A stretch of DNA of 64,000 nucleotides from Candidatus Levyibacteriota bacterium (GTDB lineage: Bacteria; Patescibacteriota; Microgenomatia; Levybacterales; UBA12049): assembly GCA_027459745.1 (NCBI GenBank), contig DAIDHL010000004.1, positions 15,240-79,239 of the forward strand, in the 5' to 3' direction. Below the pieces are notes generated by a model. That model was not told where the DNA came from, made no database searches, and saw only the letters and a list, made by a program, of their open reading frames with translations. Within the stretch, counting starts at the first letter, position 1; every line of letters begins with the position of its first letter. Shown piece by piece: positions 30,623-40,705 of this stretch. The position numbers and the translations under genes are program-made.

Positions 30623-33600
30623 TTAGGCAGCTAAAATAGGTTCCTCTATGCTCTGCTTCTCCTCAACTGGTACTGTGCTTTCGGCAGTTGCACCATCAGC
30701 ATAGGCTGCACCATCAACTGGAATCAAGCGTCCAATGATGACATTTTCTTTCAAACCAATCAAATTGTCTTCGCGGCCTTCAAGCGCAGCTTCCGTTAAT
30801 ACTTTGGTAGTCTCCTGGAAAGAAGCAGCTGACAGCCATGAGTCAGAGAACAAAGATGCTTTAGTGATACCCAAGATCATCTGTTTACCAGTTACTGGGT
30901 TTCCACCTTCTGATAAGATTTCAGAATTAATTTCTTCAAACTTAGCTTTACTGACGAAATCACCTGGAATCAAAGCTGAATCACCCACACTATCAATCAT
31001 GACCTTATCTGACATCTTGCGCAAGATAACCTCAAAATGTTTGTCATTAATCATAATACCCTGAGATTCGTACACTTTTTGTGCTTCAGTAATAATATAG
31101 TGCTGTGATGCATTCAAGCCTCCAACCTTCAGAACCTCTTTAGGATCAAGATAGCCTTCAGCTAGAGGTGTTCCCGCTACAACCTCATCACCCTCTTCTA
31201 CCGTCAACGTTGAGGCTAATGGAACGAAGTATTCTTGTACTTCAATAGGTTTAATCTTGGTATTACGTATTTGAATCAAGTATCCTTCTTCATTCTTCTC
31301 AATTCCTACACGGCCACTAATTTCACTTACAGGAGCTAAACTCTTAGGCGTACGCATTTCAAACAACTCCTCGACGCGAGGTAAACCTTGAGTCACGTCT
31401 GACATCACAACGCCTCCAAAATGCTTAACACGCATAGTTAACTGTGTACCAGGTTCTCCAATACTTTGTGCAGCGATAACTCCTACAGGTACTCCCAAAT
31501 CAACTTTTTTCTTAGTAGAGAAGTCCCAACCATAACATTTTGCACAAATTCCATAAGGCAATTTACACGTCATAGCTGAACGAATAGTTACTTCGGTAAC
31601 ATTATTACTTACGATATCCTTAGCTGCTTCTTCGTCAATCTCTTGTCCAGCCTTCATCACAATCTTACGAGTTTTTGTTACAGCATCTGTGGCTAAAAAT
31701 CTACCTATGATCCGATCTGCAAATTCAACTGTTCTTTCTTTCTCGCCCGCAACAACCGTAACACCTTCAGTCGTACCACAATCCTCACTCATTATAATGA
31801 CGTCATGTGAAACATCGACTAGACGTCGAGTTAAGTAACCTGCGTTTGCAGTCTTCAAAGCACCATCAGTCAAACCTTTTCGAGATCCTCGAGTAGAAGC
31901 GACGTACTCAAAAACTGATAATCCTTCACGGAAGTTAGACTTAATCGGCAATTCAACGATTTTACCCATAGGATCAACGATCAATCCACGCATAGCTGAG
32001 AGCTGTTTTAGCTGTTCAATACCTGCACGTGTACCTCCAGAAGCAATCATAGTACGAATAACGTTGTTGGGTTGCAAATTCTTCCAGGTTAAATCAGCCA
32101 AACTATCTGTAATCTCTAACCATACATTGTTAGACAAACGTTTCTTTTCTTCCAAAGTAATCAATCCTTGCTGATACTGACCTTCAATAGTCGTAACTTT
32201 CTTTTCTGCATCTTCAATCATGCTATCTTTATTATCAATTGTCTCACTATCAAAGATAGATAAAGATACTCCAGAAACTGTTGCCCCGTAGAAGCCGAAA
32301 TGTTTTACATTATCAATCAAATTAGCTACTTCATCAGCTGAATGTTGCTTCATTGCTGATGTAACCAATTTTTTGATACTAGATGCATTAACAGCCTGGT
32401 TGATAAACGGCATATCATCCAGCAAAACTTCATTAAATAATATTCTACCTACAGTTGTTTCTATTAATTCGGTACTGCCATTTTCATTCAATCTAACCTT
32501 GATTGGTTCTTTCATACGGATATTTCCCAAATCAAAAGACATGATTGCACTATGTGTATTGGCATATTCTTGAATTTCTTCTTCAGATTTGCGCAACGAT
32601 TCATCCATTTCAGTTAAGAAATATACACCAAACGCCATTTCTTTGTTAGGCAAAGTAATAGGACTTCCATCAGCTGGTTTAAGCAAGTTGTGACTTGGCA
32701 ACATCAAATTGATAGCCTCTTCTTGAGCTTTACTGGATAATGGAATATGTACAGCCATTTGATCCCCGTCAAAGTCAGCATTGTAGCCAGAACAGACGCA
32801 AGGATGCAAACCAATAGCTGATCCTTCAATTAAGACCGGGAAGAAAGCCTGCATACCCAATTTGTGTAAAGTAGGAGCACGATTAAGCAAAATTGGATGA
32901 TTCTTAGTAATTTCCTCTAAAATATCAAATACTTCTGGTGGACGTTTTTCGATGTAACGTTTAGCTGACTTAATATTGGTAGCAAGACCTCTCATAATAA
33001 CTTCACGCAAAACGAAAGGTTTGAACATCTCCAATGCCATTTCTTTTGGCAAACCACACTGAGTAAGCTTTAATTCAGGAGAAACAACGATAACTGAACG
33101 CCCTGAATAATCGACCCGTTTTCCGAGCAAGTTTTGACGGAAGCGACCTTGCTTACCTCGTAACATATCAGATAATGAACGTAGAGGAGCAACAACGGTT
33201 TGAGATGAACGCTGTGTAACATCAATTAAAGCATCTACTGATTCTTGCAACATACGTTTTTCATTTCGCAAAATGATTTCAGGTGCTCCCAAAGAAATTA
33301 AATGCTTCAATCGATTGTTGCGGTTGATCACACGACGATATAAATCATTCAAATCTGAAGTAGCAAAACGTCCACCCGCTAATTGAACCATAGGACGAAG
33401 ATCTGGAGGTATAATCGGCAATATGGACATAATCATACTGGCTGGTTTTACACCTGCTTTACGCATAGATTCGACCAAACGCAAGCGCTTAATTACTTTA
33501 AGGTATCTTTGTCCACTAGATTTTTCTGCTTCTTTGCGTAACGAAACAATAACTTCAGACAAATCTAGTTTCTCGACTAATTCTGCCAAAGCATCCGAAC

Positions 33601-34429
33601 CAGTTTTGATAGTAAAGAAGACGGGAATATCATACTCAAGCAATTTAAAATACTCATCCTCTGATAAGACACTGGAAACCTTCAAACCTTTTAATAGCTT
33701 AAGCAAAGTATCTGCGATTTCATCTAACTTCTTAGATTCAGATTCGTAGGATTCATTCAATTTAGCTAGCCTCTGACGCTGAGACAATTCAATTTCCTGA
33801 TTAATTAATTGCTTTTGTTCCCTTTTGACACGCAGTTCTTTGGTGTCCCCTTTTTGTTCTTTCAAATCATCTTTCAATTTGGCTTGCTCATCATCCGAAC
33901 GGCCTTTCAACTCCGAACGACGTTCTTCAATCTTCTCAGTTAAAACCTCAATCGCTTGTTTCTTTTTTTCCTCATCGATAGCCGTAACTAAATAAGAAGC
34001 ATAGTAAATTACTGATTCAAGATTCTTTTGTGGAATATCCAGCAAGGTGGCTAATGGAGAAGATGAGCCTTTAAAGAACCATACATGTGCACATGGACTG
34101 GATAACGTAATGTGACCAATTCTTTCGCGGCGTACACGTGACAGAGTAACTTCAACTCCACATTTATCACATACAATACCACGATAGCGAATTCTTTTAT
34201 ATTTTCCACAATAACATTCCCAATCTTTGGTTGGACCAAAAATTCTTTCATCAAATAAGCCATCTTTTTCGGGTCTGAGGGTACGGTAATTGATAGTTTC
34301 CGGCTTGGTAACTTCACCATAAGACCAATTCATGATATCTTGCTTGCTAGCGATCATGATCTTCAAAGATTTAAAATCTAAAATTGTAGCGTCTTTCATG
34401 ACTTTTTTACTATCGTTATTCATCTTCAT
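30623..34429 (-). CDS. rpoC: RNA polymerase beta' subunit
   Basis: KPETINYRT, Zn finger, NADFDGDQM catalytic loop, SIGEPGTQLT, LSAASFQET. Confidence 0.99.
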   Translation of the reverse strand: MKMNNDSKKVMKDATILDFKSLKIMIASKQDIMNWSYGEVTKPETINYRTLRPEKDGLFDERIFGPTKDWECYCGKYKRIRYRGIVCDKCGVEVTLSRVRRERIGHITLSSPCAHVWFFKGSSSPLATLLDIPQKNLESVIYYASYLVTAIDEEKKKQAIEVLTEKIEERRSELKGRSDDEQAKLKDDLKEQKGDTKELRVKREQKQLINQEIELSQRQRLAKLNESYESESKKLDEIADTLLKLLKGLKVSSVLSEDEYFKLLEYDIPVFFTIKTGSDALAELVEKLDLSEVIVSLRKEAEKSSGQRYLKVIKRLRLVESMRKAGVKPASMIMSILPIIPPDLRPMVQLAGGRFATSDLNDLYRRVINRNNRLKHLISLGAPEIILRNEKRMLQESVDALIDVTQRSSQTVVAPLRSLSDMLRGKQGRFRQNLLGKRVDYSGRSVIVVSPELKLTQCGLPKEMALEMFKPFVLREVIMRGLATNIKSAKRYIEKRPPEVFDILEEITKNHPILLNRAPTLHKLGMQAFFPVLIEGSAIGLHPCVCSGYNADFDGDQMAVHIPLSSKAQEEAINLMLPSHNLLKPADGSPITLPNKEMAFGVYFLTEMDESLRKSEEEIQEYANTHSAIMSFDLGNIRMKEPIKVRLNENGSTELIETTVGRILFNEVLLDDMPFINQAVNASSIKKLVTSAMKQHSADEVANLIDNVKHFGFYGATVSGVSLSIFDSETIDNKDSMIEDAEKKVTTIEGQYQQGLITLEEKKRLSNNVWLEITDSLADLTWKNLQPNNVIRTMIASGGTRAGIEQLKQLSAMRGLIVDPMGKIVELPIKSNFREGLSVFEYVASTRGSRKGLTDGALKTANAGYLTRRLVDVSHDVIIMSEDCGTTEGVTVVAGEKERTVEFADRIIGRFLATDAVTKTRKIVMKAGQEIDEEAAKDIVSNNVTEVTIRSAMTCKLPYGICAKCYGWDFSTKKKVDLGVPVGVIAAQSIGEPGTQLTMRVKHFGGVVMSDVTQGLPRVEELFEMRTPKSLAPVSEISGRVGIEKNEEGYLIQIRNTKIKPIEVQEYFVPLASTLTVEEGDEVVAGTPLAEGYLDPKEVLKVGGLNASQHYIITEAQKVYESQGIMINDKHFEVILRKMSDKVMIDSVGDSALIPGDFVSKAKFEEINSEILSEGGNPVTGKQMILGITKASLFSDSWLSAASFQETTKVLTEAALEGREDNLIGLKENVIIGRLIPVDGAAYADGATAESTVPVEEKQSIEEPILAA

Positions 34430-37400
34430 CTACTCCTTTCGCATTCAAAGCAGCATCATCTGGACCTTCTTCATTTGAGATTTCCATGCCTTCTGCCGCA
34501 GCGTTATCTTCATCAACTACTTCTTCTGCATTCAATGATTCTTCCAATTGAGTCACCTCAGCTTTAAGTTTTTCTGATTCAATTTCTTCTTTAGCTTCAG
34601 AAGTCTCATTATACAAGGTTGCGCCAACTGGTACAACATTCAAACCCAATGACTGCAATTCTTTGATCAACACCTTGAAAGACTCTGGCACTTTTGGTGT
34701 AGGGATATCTACGCCTTTAACAATGGCTTCAAACGCTTTAGCGCGACCCACCACATCATCAGCTTTGATAGTCAACATTTCTTGCAAAATATGACGTGCA
34801 CGATGAGCTTCTAATGCCCAAACTTCCATTTCTCCCAATCTTTGTCCTCCCATTTGAGCTTTTCCACCCAAAGGTTGTTGAGTAACTAATGAATATGGTC
34901 CAGTTGAACGAGCATGGGTTTTGTCTTCGACCATGTGGATCAATTTCATAACATACTCAATACCCACCACTACTGGGTTTTCAAATTCTTGACCTGTACG
35001 ACCATCGAATAGCTTTAATTTTCCACTTACAGGCAACCCCGCTTGATTTAATAATCCAACTAATTTCTCTTCAGAAATCTTTTCAAATACTGGCAAAGCA
35101 ACTTTCATGCCTAATTTGCGAGCTGCCAAGCCAAGATGAGCTTCCAATACTTGACCCAGATTCATACGAGCTAAGATACTCATTGGGGAAATAATAATAT
35201 CAACTGGTGTACCATCTTCAAGATGTGGCATATCAGCTTCCGGCAAAATGCGGGAAATAATACCTTTGTTTCCATGACGTCCAGCTAACTTGTCTCCCAC
35301 AACTACGTGCCTATATTGGGCTACTTCAACGATAATTTTACGCAAAGTACCTGGTTCTAATTCATCACCAGCTTTTCTATCCAAAATCTGAACACTAATA
35401 ACTGTTCCTCTTTCACCATGTGGGACACGTAGACTAGTATCGCGAACTTCACGAGCTTGCTCACCAAAGATAGCACGCAACAATCTTTCTTCAGCTGTTA
35501 ACTCGGTTTCACCTTTAGGTGCAATTTTACCGACCAAAATATCACCTGGACCAACATCACTACCAACTACGATAATACCGCCTTCGTCCAATTTGGCCAA
35601 TTCATCTTCTGCAACGTTAGGAATATCTTGAGTGGTTTCTTCTGGTCCAAGCTTGGTTTCTACAACTGCAGCTTCATATTTCTCAATATGGATAGATGAC
35701 AATACATCTTCGCGCACCAAACGATCGGAAATAACTAAAGCGTCTTCATACCCAAGACCATCCAAAGAAGTGTAAGCAATTAATAAGTTTTGTCCCAATG
35801 CCAATTCACCATCTTCGGAGGCTGGACCATCGATCAAAACATCACCTTTTTTGATTTTTTGTCCTACAGACACCACTGCTCTCTGAGTGTAAGCTGTGGC
35901 ATTGGCTGTACGACGGAAAGATTCGATGTCAAATTTCTTCTTTTCTTTATTGTCATTTTCGATAATAACTTTTTCTGAGTCAACAAAAGTTACTGTCCCA
36001 TCAAAGGGAGCCAAGACAACACGTCCCATGACTCTAGAGATAGTAGCTTCCATACCTGTGCCAACAACTGGACTTTCTGGTTTAACTAATGGTACTGCTT
36101 GGCATTGCATATGAGTACCCATTAAAGCACGAATACCGTCGTCATGCGCAAGATAAGGAATCAAAGAGGCACTAGCACCCACTACCTGACGTGGTGTGAC
36201 ATCAATATAATTAACGACATTGCTATCAGATTCAAGAAACTCTCCCCCATGACGTGCAGGCACACGCTCGTCAGTAATAATTCCATCTTCGGAAACATTT
36301 ACTCCCGCATGGGTAATATAATGTTCTACTTCATCATCAGCTGCCAAATACTCGATTTCATTAGTAACTTGTGATACAGTTTTACCACCCTTTGTGATCT
36401 GTTTAACTTTGCGGTATGGAGTCTCCAGGAACCCAAAATCATTGACTCTGGCGTAAAGTGAGATATAAGTAACTAAACCGATATTTGGTCCTTCGGGACT
36501 TCTAATGGGACATATGCGACCATATTGCGAACTGTTAATATCACGAATAGAAAACGCGGCTCTTTCGCGTGAAATACCACCGGTACCCATAACGGTCAAG
36601 CGGTTTAAATTGTCGATTTCAGAGAGTGGATTGGTTTGGTCTAGGATAGTGGAGAGCTGTGAGGTACGGAAGAATTCATTAATAGCAGCCATAATTGGAC
36701 GGGCATTAATAAGATTGGATACCGTGACTTGTTGACCATCAGTTTGCAAAAGACTCATGCGTTCTTTAATACTTCTTTCAACTCGCAAAACTCCAACTCT
36801 AAAAGCATTAGCAGCCACCAATTCGCCCACACTACGTACACGACGATTAGCCAAACTATCAATGTCATCAGTGAAACCTTTTCCTTGAGTAAGTTGAATT
36901 AAATAGGAAATAGTAGAAACAATATCATCGACTGTTAATACTTGATCTTCAGTAGGCGTAAAACCAGGAGTATTGGTCAACTTTTTGTTGACTTTATAAC
37001 GACCAACTTGGCCCAAATCATAACGGCGATTATTGAAAAATAAGTTATAGAAACTTTCACGTACTTTATCGATAACTAATGGTTCACCTGGATGCATTTT
37101 GCGGAAAATCTCCAGCAAAGCTTCTGTCTCAGAACCAGTCTCATCTTTGATTAAGGTATTTTCAATGAGAGACTCTTTAGCATCTGCTTCCAAAGGAGCA
37201 AAGCGTTCTTTGATGGTTTCATTACCAGATATACCAATGGCTCTCAAAAAAGTAGTTGCTAAAAATTTGCGTCGACGATCAATCTTAACCGTAATAGTAT
37301 TATAACGGGTTGTAGAAAATTCCAACCAAGAGCCATGTACTGGTCTAATTTCAGCTGTATATAATGTTTTACCTGTAGCTGGATCAGAAGATGCAGTAAA

Positions 37401-37841
37401 GAAAACGCCAGGTGAACGAACTAATTGATTAACCACTGCACGTTCAATACCATTAACAATAAATGTACCCCGGTCTGTCATTTGGGGGATATCTCCTAAA
37501 AATACTTCCGCTTCTTGCACTTTATCTGTTTTTAAATTCTTTAAGGCAACACGTACATATAATGGAGCATCGAAGGTCAGTCCTTTAGATAACGCAACTG
37601 CTGGATCATTGGTTGGTTCTCCAATTCTGTAATTATGAAATGTCAGGGTCCAGTTTTTACCAGTAAAATCTTCGACGGGAGAAATTTCTTTGAGGATTTC
37701 GCCAATTGCTACATCTTGAAACCATTTATAAGATTTTCTTTGTACGGCAAGCAGATCCATCTGTGGCAAAACATCATAGGCTTTACCCCAAACTTGACGA
37801 TTCATCTTTTTATGATCAACAGACATTGAATTTTTAGGCAT
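34416..37841 (-). CDS. rpoB: RNA polymerase beta subunit
   Basis: QLVRSPG, SPEGPNIGL, GDKLAGRHGNKG, HARSTGPYS, GGQRLGEMEVWALE. Confidence 0.99.
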   Translation of the reverse strand: MPKNSMSVDHKKMNRQVWGKAYDVLPQMDLLAVQRKSYKWFQDVAIGEILKEISPVEDFTGKNWTLTFHNYRIGEPTNDPAVALSKGLTFDAPLYVRVALKNLKTDKVQEAEVFLGDIPQMTDRGTFIVNGIERAVVNQLVRSPGVFFTASSDPATGKTLYTAEIRPVHGSWLEFSTTRYNTITVKIDRRRKFLATTFLRAIGISGNETIKERFAPLEADAKESLIENTLIKDETGSETEALLEIFRKMHPGEPLVIDKVRESFYNLFFNNRRYDLGQVGRYKVNKKLTNTPGFTPTEDQVLTVDDIVSTISYLIQLTQGKGFTDDIDSLANRRVRSVGELVAANAFRVGVLRVERSIKERMSLLQTDGQQVTVSNLINARPIMAAINEFFRTSQLSTILDQTNPLSEIDNLNRLTVMGTGGISRERAAFSIRDINSSQYGRICPIRSPEGPNIGLVTYISLYARVNDFGFLETPYRKVKQITKGGKTVSQVTNEIEYLAADDEVEHYITHAGVNVSEDGIITDERVPARHGGEFLESDSNVVNYIDVTPRQVVGASASLIPYLAHDDGIRALMGTHMQCQAVPLVKPESPVVGTGMEATISRVMGRVVLAPFDGTVTFVDSEKVIIENDNKEKKKFDIESFRRTANATAYTQRAVVSVGQKIKKGDVLIDGPASEDGELALGQNLLIAYTSLDGLGYEDALVISDRLVREDVLSSIHIEKYEAAVVETKLGPEETTQDIPNVAEDELAKLDEGGIIVVGSDVGPGDILVGKIAPKGETELTAEERLLRAIFGEQAREVRDTSLRVPHGERGTVISVQILDRKAGDELEPGTLRKIIVEVAQYRHVVVGDKLAGRHGNKGIISRILPEADMPHLEDGTPVDIIISPMSILARMNLGQVLEAHLGLAARKLGMKVALPVFEKISEEKLVGLLNQAGLPVSGKLKLFDGRTGQEFENPVVVGIEYVMKLIHMVEDKTHARSTGPYSLVTQQPLGGKAQMGGQRLGEMEVWALEAHRARHILQEMLTIKADDVVGRAKAFEAIVKGVDIPTPKVPESFKVLIKELQSLGLNVVPVGATLYNETSEAKEEIESEKLKAEVTQLEESLNAEEVVDEDNAAAEGMEISNEEGPDDAALNAKGVDEDE

Positions 37842-37878
37842 TGGCGAGAAATATTATTGGCAGTAACTTCCTATACGC

Positions 37879-37907
37879 AAAAAAAGACACAGAGATACTC
37901 TGTATCT
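37879..37907 (-). terminator. Terminator-like hairpin inside the rpoB 5' leader (attenuator candidate)
   Basis: AGAUACAGAG-UAU-CUCUGUGUCU plus U-run about 37 nt before the rpoB ATG. Confidence 0.65.
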
Positions 37908-37932
37908 GTATTGGCTGTAATAAAGTGTCTTA

Positions 37933-37961
37933 GTTATATCATAGCAATTCAAGCATGTCAA
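37933..37961 (-). promoter_or_regulatory. rpoBC promoter
   Basis: TTGACA-N17-TATAAC; overlapping extended -10 TGCTATGAT. Confidence 0.55.
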
Positions 37962-38033
37962 GATACTAATTGAAAATCATCATATGTATTATGTAAAAAA
38001 CAAACAATAAGAAAAACTGTTTAATTTTTCTTA

Positions 38034-38492
38034 CTATTGTTGTACTGGAGCTGGTTGTAGTTGAGGTGCTGAATTTACTACTGGTAGAGTACTGGAAGAC
38101 ATATATTTGGAATTGCCATAACCTAACATCAGATAACCAATAGCACCAAATAGCCATAGCATTACCACTCCAAAGGTGTCACTCCTGCCAAAGTTCCTTG
38201 CCAATCCAATTGATGCCAAAATAGAGATAACTAAATTTACTAGAGGTATTAAATAAAGGATTAACCACCACCCAGGTTTGCCGGAAATTTTGAGCAACAC
38301 ATAGGCATTATAAAAAGGTATTAAGATTGCCCAACCAGGTCGACCAGCCTTAGTAAAGATCTTCCAGAAAGCAACTAGATAAACCGCTAAAATTACTAAT
38401 TCAATAACTAAGAAAACTATAAAGAAGCTACTGTTGGCTGCCGTTTGTTGCATATCTTCTTTAACTGTAATTAACTCTGACTTATTTGTCAA
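38034..38492 (-). CDS. DUF5684-like membrane protein; start may be ATG 38453
   Basis: WKIFTKAGRPGWAILIPFYNAY..LKISGKPGWW, FGRS..FG motifs. Confidence 0.8.
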   Translation of the reverse strand: MTNKSELITVKEDMQQTAANSSFFIVFLVIELVILAVYLVAFWKIFTKAGRPGWAILIPFYNAYVLLKISGKPGWWLILYLIPLVNLVISILASIGLARNFGRSDTFGVVMLWLFGAIGYLMLGYGNSKYMSSSTLPVVNSAPQLQPAPVQQ

Positions 38493-38570
38493 CAGATAAT
38501 ATATGCTAAATTTTAAGGCTCTAATCGATAGGGTTTAATGCTAGTGTTTTTATTAAGAACAGATATAAGT

Positions 38571-38632
38571 AGTGACAAAGTAATTTACTTCCTCAGATGA
38601 TTACTTCGCCATTTATAAATCTCGCAATGGCA
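38571..38632. repeat. Degenerate copy of the alaS-type palindromic element
   Basis: AGTGACAAAGTAATTT...GATTACTTCGCC...CTCGCAATGGCA resembles AGTGACGAAGCAATCT...GATTGCCGCGC...CTCGCAGTGACG. Confidence 0.5.
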
Positions 38633-38675
38633 TAATTTTTCTAAACTCTAATAGGCATGCTATAATAACTTTATT

Positions 38676-40634
38676 ATGACTGCAGCTGAAATACTCAACA
38701 AATATATCGCTTTTTTTGAAGCACATGGACACAAAAGAATTGCCGGTGCGCCTCTGATTCCGCAGAATGATCCTACTACCCTTTTTACTAGTTCTGGTAT
38801 GCAACCCCTCATCCCATATTTAATGGGTGAAGTACATCCTGATGGAACCCGCTTAGTGAATGCCCAAAATGCCTTTCGTGCCGTAGATATCGAAGAAGTT
38901 GGAGATGACAGACATACCACTTTTTTCAGAATGCTAGGCAACTGGAGCTTGGGAGATTACTTCAAGGCCGATGAAATTCCTTGGTTATATGAATTTTTAA
39001 CTAATAAACAAACAGGCTTAGGAATTGATCCAACTAAATTACATTTTACGGTTTTTAAAGGCTTTGAGGATATTCCCCAAGATAACGAGGCTTATAAAAT
39101 CTGGGAAGAAGTTTTGCAGATTGCTGGTGTTAAAGATTACCAAGATCGCTTGCATTGGTATGGAGCAGAAAAAAACTGGTGGTCGCGAGCGGGAACTCCC
39201 GATAAAATGCCTGTAGGAGAAATTGGTGGTCCTGATACCGAAGTATTTTATGACTTTGGCGATGAAAATATTCATAAGCAGAGTCTGTGGGCAGATCAAC
39301 CATGTCATGTTAACTGTGATTGTGGACGTTACTGGGAAATTGCTAATAGCGTGTTCATGCAATATAGGAAAACAGAGAAAGGAAAATTTGAGAAACTTCC
39401 CAAACAAAATGTCGATTTTGGTGGAGGGTTAGAAAGACTTCTCGGAGCGGTAGACGGACTAACTGATATGTTCCAAACTTCTCTATTTAAACCTACTATT
39501 GCGACCCTAGAACAACAAACTGGTAAATCTTATGCTGATAACAAACAATCCATGCAAATTATTACTGATCATCTGGGAGCCAGCTGTTTGATAATAGTTA
39601 ATGGAGTTAAACCCGCTAATAAAGATCAGGGATATGTATTGCGCCGTCTTTTAAGACGTGCTTTTGATAATTTCAGCTTACTTGGCGGGAAAGACATTTT
39701 ACCTGTTTTGGAAACAATAATCGGCCAGTACAATGAGACCGACCCCATTCTCGAACAACAATTTGAAGAAATTAAAAATACAATTTTAGAAGAATTACAA
39801 AAATACGAACATACCAAGCATGAAGCTAAGAAGTTTATAGAGAAAAAGTATGGAAATAATGTCATTGCGAAGAACGAAGTGACGAAGCAATCTAGCCCGG
39901 ATCTGATAAAAAACAATGAGATTGCCGCGCTCTCCCGACAAGTCGGGATCGCTCGCAGTGACGGGAAATCACCCTTACATGATGGTGATACCAGAGAAAT
40001 CTCTGCGGACGATGCCTTCATCTTGTATACCACTCATGGATTATCTCCTACACAAATTAAAAGTCTAGGTTATTCATTTAATGATCAGGAATTTGCCCAA
40101 AAAATGGAAGAACATCAAAAACTTTCCCGCTCAGGAGCAGAAAAGAAATTCCGAGGAGGTTTGGCAGACCATAGCAAGAAAACTGTCATGGGGCATACTG
40201 CTACTCACTTAATGCATCAAGCCTTACGCGACGTGCTGGGAAACCAGATTCATCAGTCTGGCTCAAATATCACCAGCGAAAGAATCCGTTTTGACTTTAA
40301 CTTTGATCGCAAGCTTACTGAAGATGAAATTAAACAAGTGGAAACAATTGTTAATAAAAAGATAAAAGAGAACCTACCCGTACACTTTGAGCTAATTCCA
40401 ACCAAAGAAGCATATGACATGGGGGCAATTGGACTGTTCATGGATACTTATGGCGAGAAATCCAAAATCTACTTTATAGGCGATACTGCGAAAAGTTATA
40501 AAGATGCTTACTCTATTGAATTTTGTGGTGGTCCACATGTTGATTTTACAGGACAGCTAAAATCGTTTAAGATAATAAAGCAAGAGAATCTAGGTGCAAA
40601 CCTTAAACGTCTCTATGCAGCTGTGGGAGATTAA
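38676..40634 (+). CDS. alaS: Alanine--tRNA ligase, short form without the C-Ala domain, with an internal palindrome-derived insert
   Basis: DPTTLFTSSGMQPL, HTTFFRMLGNWS.GDYFK, HTATHL, EFCGGPHV; ends just after the editing domain. Confidence 0.96.
   Translation: MTAAEILNKYIAFFEAHGHKRIAGAPLIPQNDPTTLFTSSGMQPLIPYLMGEVHPDGTRLVNAQNAFRAVDIEEVGDDRHTTFFRMLGNWSLGDYFKADEIPWLYEFLTNKQTGLGIDPTKLHFTVFKGFEDIPQDNEAYKIWEEVLQIAGVKDYQDRLHWYGAEKNWWSRAGTPDKMPVGEIGGPDTEVFYDFGDENIHKQSLWADQPCHVNCDCGRYWEIANSVFMQYRKTEKGKFEKLPKQNVDFGGGLERLLGAVDGLTDMFQTSLFKPTIATLEQQTGKSYADNKQSMQIITDHLGASCLIIVNGVKPANKDQGYVLRRLLRRAFDNFSLLGGKDILPVLETIIGQYNETDPILEQQFEEIKNTILEELQKYEHTKHEAKKFIEKKYGNNVIAKNEVTKQSSPDLIKNNEIAALSRQVGIARSDGKSPLHDGDTREISADDAFILYTTHGLSPTQIKSLGYSFNDQEFAQKMEEHQKLSRSGAEKKFRGGLADHSKKTVMGHTATHLMHQALRDVLGNQIHQSGSNITSERIRFDFNFDRKLTEDEIKQVETIVNKKIKENLPVHFELIPTKEAYDMGAIGLFMDTYGEKSKIYFIGDTAKSYKDAYSIEFCGGPHVDFTGQLKSFKIIKQENLGANLKRLYAAVGD
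39861..39962. mobile_element. RPE/REP-like palindromic element inserted in frame in alaS
   Basis: GTCATTGCGA...TCGCAGTGAC terminal IR, inner GCAATCT/AGATTGC, nested TCCCGAC-AA-GTCGGGA; 102 bp = codons 396-429. Confidence 0.8.
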
Positions 40635-40705
40635 GCAAGAGGTTCTGGTAAATAGTAATTATAAAAAATTCTATTACCTATACCCGTTTGCTATAACCTA
40701 ACAAT

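Noticed and set aside
33600-34000. Long charged insert in RpoC as a possible intein
   Set aside because: It is a coiled-coil lineage-specific beta' insertion with no intein splice motifs (C/S start, HN end) or LAGLIDADG
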